From Macrostomum hystrix (Eukaryota > Animalia > Platyhelminthes), in the NCBI GenBank assembly GCA_950097015.1, contig CATNEN010000035.1, positions 248,001-312,000 of the forward strand: 64,000 nucleotides of DNA. The letters are read 5' to 3'. The position numbers were made by a program, and so were the translations under genes. Below are positions 59,401 through 64,000 of this stretch, in pieces. Position 1 is the stretch's first letter. Each line of letters begins with the position of its first letter. The notes below the pieces were generated by a model. That model searched no databases, was not told where the DNA came from, and saw only the letters and a list, made by a program, of their open reading frames with translations.

Positions 59401-62400
59401 ATCTGCATCGCGCGTGTATTTTTATTATAACTCAGCGCGCCGACTCAAAGCGGTTTGAGTCTGTTTCTGGGATAGATTTTCTACGATGCAGTTTTTTCCG
59501 GCTTATTAAGCGTAGGTTAAGCTTTTGCATTGTAAAACCAAGGTGTGGTAAATTCCAGGCTAACAATACATTTATTGCTGTCTCCACGTACAGAGCAATA
59601 ATTTTTACAGCAAAAGAGCCAGCTAGTATTATTGTAAATCCTGTGATCAGTACAGCTTCACTACAGCATAATAATCACTCGGGCCAATATAATTATTACT
59701 TTCGATGTTACATCCCCGACGCCTGCCATAATACGAGTACTTGGCTCTTAACAATAGGGAAACACCACGGGGTATTTCAAATACCCACCGCCTACTTCAC
59801 GACAGCTCCCAAAACGAATAACCGATTTTCGTGAAAGTCCACCATCGGAATCTAATTTCCGCCCTTTACGATGAACCAACGTTCAAAGTTGTCCGACGTC
59901 AGCATCGACGAGATATTCAACTATTCCTGTCAGAGACCATTGTCAGTTAACAATGATAGCCGACAAAATGAAATTTTGTGAGCAGAAAAATATGCCTATA
60001 TTTGTGGTTATTGACACCAGACACTCCGACGAGAATCCTTGAATATCTCGACGTGCCCGATAATTTAAGAATTTTTTTCATCGGATAAAGCCGAGAATTT
60101 TAGCCCGTTTTCTGGAATATGACGGCGATTATCCACCTTGTTAGTTTTTAGCTCGCATTTCCTCCGTAGAATTCATAGAAACCATGCCAAATGACGTGGC
60201 AGTTTGCACGGCAGGTTTGTAGCAAAACCTTTAAACTACTCACTACTAGACAAACAGCTACGGGCATTCACATTAACAAAGACAGAAAAAAAACTATTAT
60301 GTCGATTTCAAGGAACTGGCTGGTGGTCACGCCGAGGCGGACAATCGTCTGTCCCAGCTGGAGCAACTGGCAGGCGCGGCACGTCGGCGAGCCACACCCG
60401 ATGGCGCCGCCGCCATCGACGCCGAGGTGGCTGATCTTCGACGGCGCTGGTCGGAGCTGGCCACGCGCGCCGACTCGCTGCAGTCGGAGCTGCGCAACCG
60501 AGCAGCCGCCTGGGTCGAGTACGAAGATGTTCTTCAGCGCTGCGCCGGACACACAAAGGCGGCCGAGGCGGAGCTCAAGGAGGCGCAGGAGCCGCGCGCG
60601 ACCCTCGAGGAAAAGCTGGCTCTGACCGAACGGCTAGACGGTGCCGTGCGAGCTCTGGAAAGCGCCGATCCAGTCGAAGCCGATTTCGCCGATTTGGCGC
60701 ACCGAGCTGGCGCGCTAGCGGCGGCGTCGCGCGGCGAGAGTCACGTGACTGGCCAAGCCGGCCAGCTGGCCAATCGTCGCGCCGGCCTCCTCGAACAGCT
60801 TCGGGAGGCGACGTCACGCTCGAAGACTCAGGCCGGCCAGCATCGGGCCTTCGACGCCGAGGTTTCCAGCTTCGCTGATTGGTTGGACGCCTACGAAAGC
60901 CGACTAGACGAGTGCCAGAAGGCCAACGAGCGCGCCGCAGCACAGAATGCTCTGCGAACCGCTGGCCAACTGTTGGCCGAACGTGAGGACGGCTTCCGTC
61001 GGGCCCAGGCGGTTCAGGACCGTCTTCAGCCAGCACTGGCGACCACCGCGGCGCCCGGCAGGGAGAAGCTCCGCTCGGCGGCCCACTCAGTGCAGGCCAG
61101 GTGGGATGCCTGTGCGGCAGCGCTTGGCTCGGCGCGTCATCGACTCGAAGCGGCGCTGGCCCAGTGGACGCTATACGAGGAGGGCGCCGGGCAGGTTGAA
61201 CGGTGGAGCCGAGAACTGCAGGAGCAGTTGGAGCGGGATGACCAGGTGCGGGGCGTAAAAAAGTAGTTTTATGAAAACTATCTGGGATGTAAAGTGACAA
61301 TAAAAAAGTATTTTTGAGTTTAAATCGCATTTTTTACACAGGAGGCGGAGGCGGCAGTGGCAGCTCCACTTGCGGATCAATGGGCTCGACTGGAACGTCT
61401 TAGAGGCCACCAGATGGCCGCCCGCAGTCGACAGCCTGCGGCGCGCAGCTTCGCCGACAAGGCACTGGCGCTTGCCCCAGGAGCTGTCAGTTTAACGCTA
61501 GAGAATGGTGAGCTGGCCGATGCAGCGCCCGCAGGAGGCGCAGCTCGGCGACTCAGCGAGCTGGCCGACGGCTACGATCAATTGGCGGCTGTGCTAGACG
61601 AGCGTCTGCGCGACGTCGAGCGCCAACTCCGCGAAGCACGCGCTTTTCGTGAAGCCCTGTCCGAGGCTCAGGACTGGCTGACACTGGCTGCTGAGCGTCT
61701 GGGACCAACGGAAACAGCGGCGACAGCGCCATCAACATCGCCAAGCTCGGAGAGTGCGCCAGCAACGGACCGCTCCAGCTTGGAGTCCGGCCTGACGGCG
61801 GTTCGCGCGCTGCTCGATCAGGCGCCCGTTGGCGAGCAGCGACTGGCGCGCGCTGAGGAGCGCGCCGAAATGTCTCCAGCGCCGGCAGCGGCGCGCCAAG
61901 AGACGGCGCGTTTGCGAGCAGCTTTCGACGACCTGCTAATCAGGTGCCGCACGGAGGCAACGCGCCTGCAGACAGCCGTGGACGGCTGGTCGGCCTACGA
62001 TGCAACCTACGCCGGCCTGAAGGACTGGCTGGCGTCTACCGAAAAGCGACTGCAGCCAGAGCAGCTCGGATCCAGCCTAGATGAGAAGCAGAAACTGGCT
62101 GAAGAGCAGGACCAACTTTCCGAGGAGGTGGCCGCCAAGCTGAATGACTTCCGCGGCTTAGCCCAACAATCGACTCGGCTGCTAGGCGATGGCGGCGCCG
62201 ATCTGAAAGTCAGCACCCAGCTGGCCAAGCTGCTTGCTCGCTACCACGGGCTGGCCGCCTTGGCTCGAGACCACGCTCAAAAGCTGCGCTGTCACGCCGA
62301 CGATCACGCCGAGTTCGACCGAAATGCTGCCGAGGCCGAGCGTTGGATTGCCGAGGCGCGCGAAAGATTGGCTTTGGCTCGACGCGAGCCCGACGACCGA

Positions 62401-64000
62401 TACGGACTGCAGCGCCAGCGTGAGCGCTTGGCCGAGCTGGCCATGAAGCGCGAGGAAGGCCAGGTTTTGGCCGAGGCAGCAGCGCACTGGGCGGACAAGG
62501 CGGAGCGCAACACAGCGCCGGCTGGTCGCGACGCGTTGCGCGCTCAGGCTCAGCGAGTCCAGACTGCCTGGGACTGCCTGGTGCGCGAGCTGCTGGAGAC
62601 GAGGGCCACCTCTGAACAGAGGCTGCAGAAGTGGACGGAGCTAGACGACTCAGTTGAAAAAGTGGCTCGCTGGATCAAGGAGCGGGAAGAGCGACTGTTG
62701 ACTTTGAATGAGGCTAAACAGCAGCAGCAGCAGGACTCTGCGATTGCAGTTCTGCAGCGACTTCGCGAACTGCAACAGGAGGTTGCGGCTTATGAGCCTG
62801 TTGCGCTGGCGGCTTCGGAGCGGTGCCGCGCAATGGGCCGTCAGGAGGCGGCGGAGCAACTGCCGGCCAGCCACGCCCAGCTGCGACGCGATGTCGAGAC
62901 TCGTCTGGCCGACGCGGAGGCAACGGCAGAGCGGCGACGCGAGTTTCAACAGGCCCTGCAGGAGCAGCGAGCCTGGCTGCAGCGAAGTCGGACAACTCTT
63001 GGCGCCCTTCAGCAAGAGGCCAAGGCGGCAGGCGATCTGGTCGCGGTGCGACGCAACCTGGCGCAGGCCTCGACGCTGCTGGCCGACGTGCAGGGCGAAG
63101 CCGCAGAGGCGCGAATGACGCGACTGCATCAGCTGGCAGCGGCGGCTGACGCAATGCCGGAGGCGCTCGAGTGCCAGGAAAAAGCCGCGGGCCTGCGCGC
63201 TCAGGTAGCCGAGATCTGCGGCTCATTAGAGCGACTCACGGAGCTTTGGGAGGCCTTCCAATCGGCGCAAGACACACTGGAGGCCTCTCTGAAGGACCAG
63301 CTGTTGCCAACTTCGGCCAGTCAGCAGCAGTCGCAGGCACTCGGTGACTCGGCCGAGGAGAAGCGCCGCCTGGCTGATCAAATGCAGCAGAGGGAGCAGA
63401 TGCTGCGCGAGCGACAATCGGAGGCGGAGGCGCTGGCTGAGCAGGCGCGCGCCCTTGTTGAACTCGGCGCTGATCAACGCGCCACCACCGGCGCGGCCTC
63501 TCAGCTGGCTGGGCGGGTGCGCGCGACCCTAGACAAATCGGCTGAGCAGGGCAGAGCCGCTCTGGTGGCGGCCAAGCAGCACGGTGAGCTCGATTTGGCA
63601 CTTGGCGAGCTCGACCAATGGCTTTCTGGGTGCCGTGAGCGGCTGGCCTCAGTCACTGCCAGCGAGTCTCCAGAGCAGACTGAGCGGCAGCTGGCGGAGC
63701 TGCAGACGGAGCTGGAGTCAGGCAGGTCGCGCCTACGCGCCGCCTCGGAGCTGGCCGACCGGGTCCTGCCGGCCACCGGAGCACAGGGCGTGGAGCGCCT
63801 TCGAGCTGCCCTGCAGAAAGCCCGACGGGAGCACGAATCGGCGCAGATGGCCGTCGGGGAGGCACGCACCAACGCCGACATGTTGTTGTCGGCCAGGCGC
63901 GACTTTCAACGGCAGGCGGACCAGCTTGCCGGCTGGCTGTCTGACGCCGAGGCCAAACTGTCGACGTCCACGGAGTCTGCAGCTTCTGGTCCGGCGCAGC
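34685..64000 (+). CDS. SYNE1: Nesprin-1/Msp300-like giant spectrin-repeat protein (CH1-CH2 actin-binding domain + spectrin repeats); common exons 34685-34926, 36598-36690, 36767-37088, 37683-37789, 38739-38843, 38934-40460, 40546-40689, 41262-41603, 42166-42327, 42739-42962, 43081-46593, 47440-47884, 49105-50088, 51408-52468, 52559-53828, 54331-54741, 55055-55075, 56155-57612, 60313-61245, 61342->64000
   Basis: CH1 reads [15 protein letters not shown]...[33 protein letters not shown]2 reads [10 protein letters not shown]...[17 protein letters not shown]...[19 protein letters not shown], a nesprin-type signature. Trp-periodic spectrin repeats follow directly, and I saw no plakin/SH3 region. 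Junction phases are consistent and total about 16.0 kb of coding sequence in the window. The KASH end is not in the window. Confidence 0.88.
35755..36059 (-). mobile_element. SINE family B, full length with 10-bp TSD
   Basis: Near-identical to the 23270 copy, with a (TAA)n tail and the TSD TCTGAGACTA at 35745-35754 and 36060-36069. Confidence 0.9.
37171..37527 (+). mobile_element. SINE family A, full length with 14-bp TSD
   Basis: A box TGGCAGAGCGG, B box AAGTTCGATTCC and (ATT)n tail, flanked by the direct repeat AAGTTCGAAGGTTA at 37157-37170 and 37528-37541. Confidence 0.92.
41672..41868. repeat. 28-bp minisatellite (GCCCCACCTCACTCCATTACCCTGTCTT), about 7 units
   Basis: Direct reading. Confidence 0.9.
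42360..42640 (-). mobile_element. SINE family B copy (more diverged)
   Basis: Aligns by eye to the other family B copies over head, centre and tail. Confidence 0.8.
47035..47387 (-). mobile_element. SINE family A, full length with 14-bp TSD (1 mismatch)
   Basis: Reverse complement of the 37171 copy, flanked by CGATACAGACCTTA (47021-47034) and CGATACATACCTTA (47388-47401). Confidence 0.9.
55757..56065. repeat. 54/55-bp alternating tandem repeat (TCATGACACCATTCCTGCCGCCCTCACCCCACCCTGCGTACATTGTCT + ATGGACC or GTGACG)
   Basis: Direct reading. Confidence 0.9.
57725..58030 (+). mobile_element. SINE family A copy with internal deletions
   Basis: Head GGGGGTCGGTGGCAGAGCGGTTAA; the body and 3' region match family A. 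Confidence 0.85.
58642..58905. repeat. 12-bp minisatellite (TACCCAGCCATC), about 22 units
   Basis: Direct reading. Confidence 0.95.

Noticed and set aside
43063-63881. Numerous antisense and off-frame ORFs over the nesprin exons
   Set aside because: They are shadow ORFs of GC-rich coding sequence with no independent domain or splice signal.

Overview
This is animal genomic DNA with GC-rich exons and AT-rich introns full of minisatellites and SINEs. The style resembles a free-living flatworm such as Macrostomum (inference only). I reconstructed four spliced genes by hand and checked the reading-frame phase at every junction. (1) A minus-strand gene (3900 to beyond the left edge) fuses about 26 ankyrin repeats, all in one 2.8-kb exon, in frame to a Mab-21/cGAS-like nucleotidyltransferase (cGLR) with intact-looking catalytic motifs. 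This is the most interesting object in the window. (2) A 3-exon CCDC15-like gene (8319-6225, minus). (3) A 9-exon CCAR1 homologue (20267-10651, minus) with an apparent +1 frameshift in exon 6. (4) A giant nesprin-1/Msp300-type gene (plus strand, two CH domains then spectrin repeats, over 5,300 aa inside the window, running off the right edge). It has at least five candidate alternative first exons, a GC-AG intron and a 21-nt microexon. A fifth, partly resolved gene at about 24.0-25.3 kb looks like a degenerate Ras-family protein ending in a CaaX box. Mobile DNA comprises two tRNA-derived SINE families (one carrying a MIR-like CORE domain), an RNase H-bearing LINE fragment, a mariner transposase fragment and a MITE. 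There are nine tandem arrays. I found no rRNA, true tRNA or CRISPR. All homology calls are by-eye motif recognition; no searches were run.
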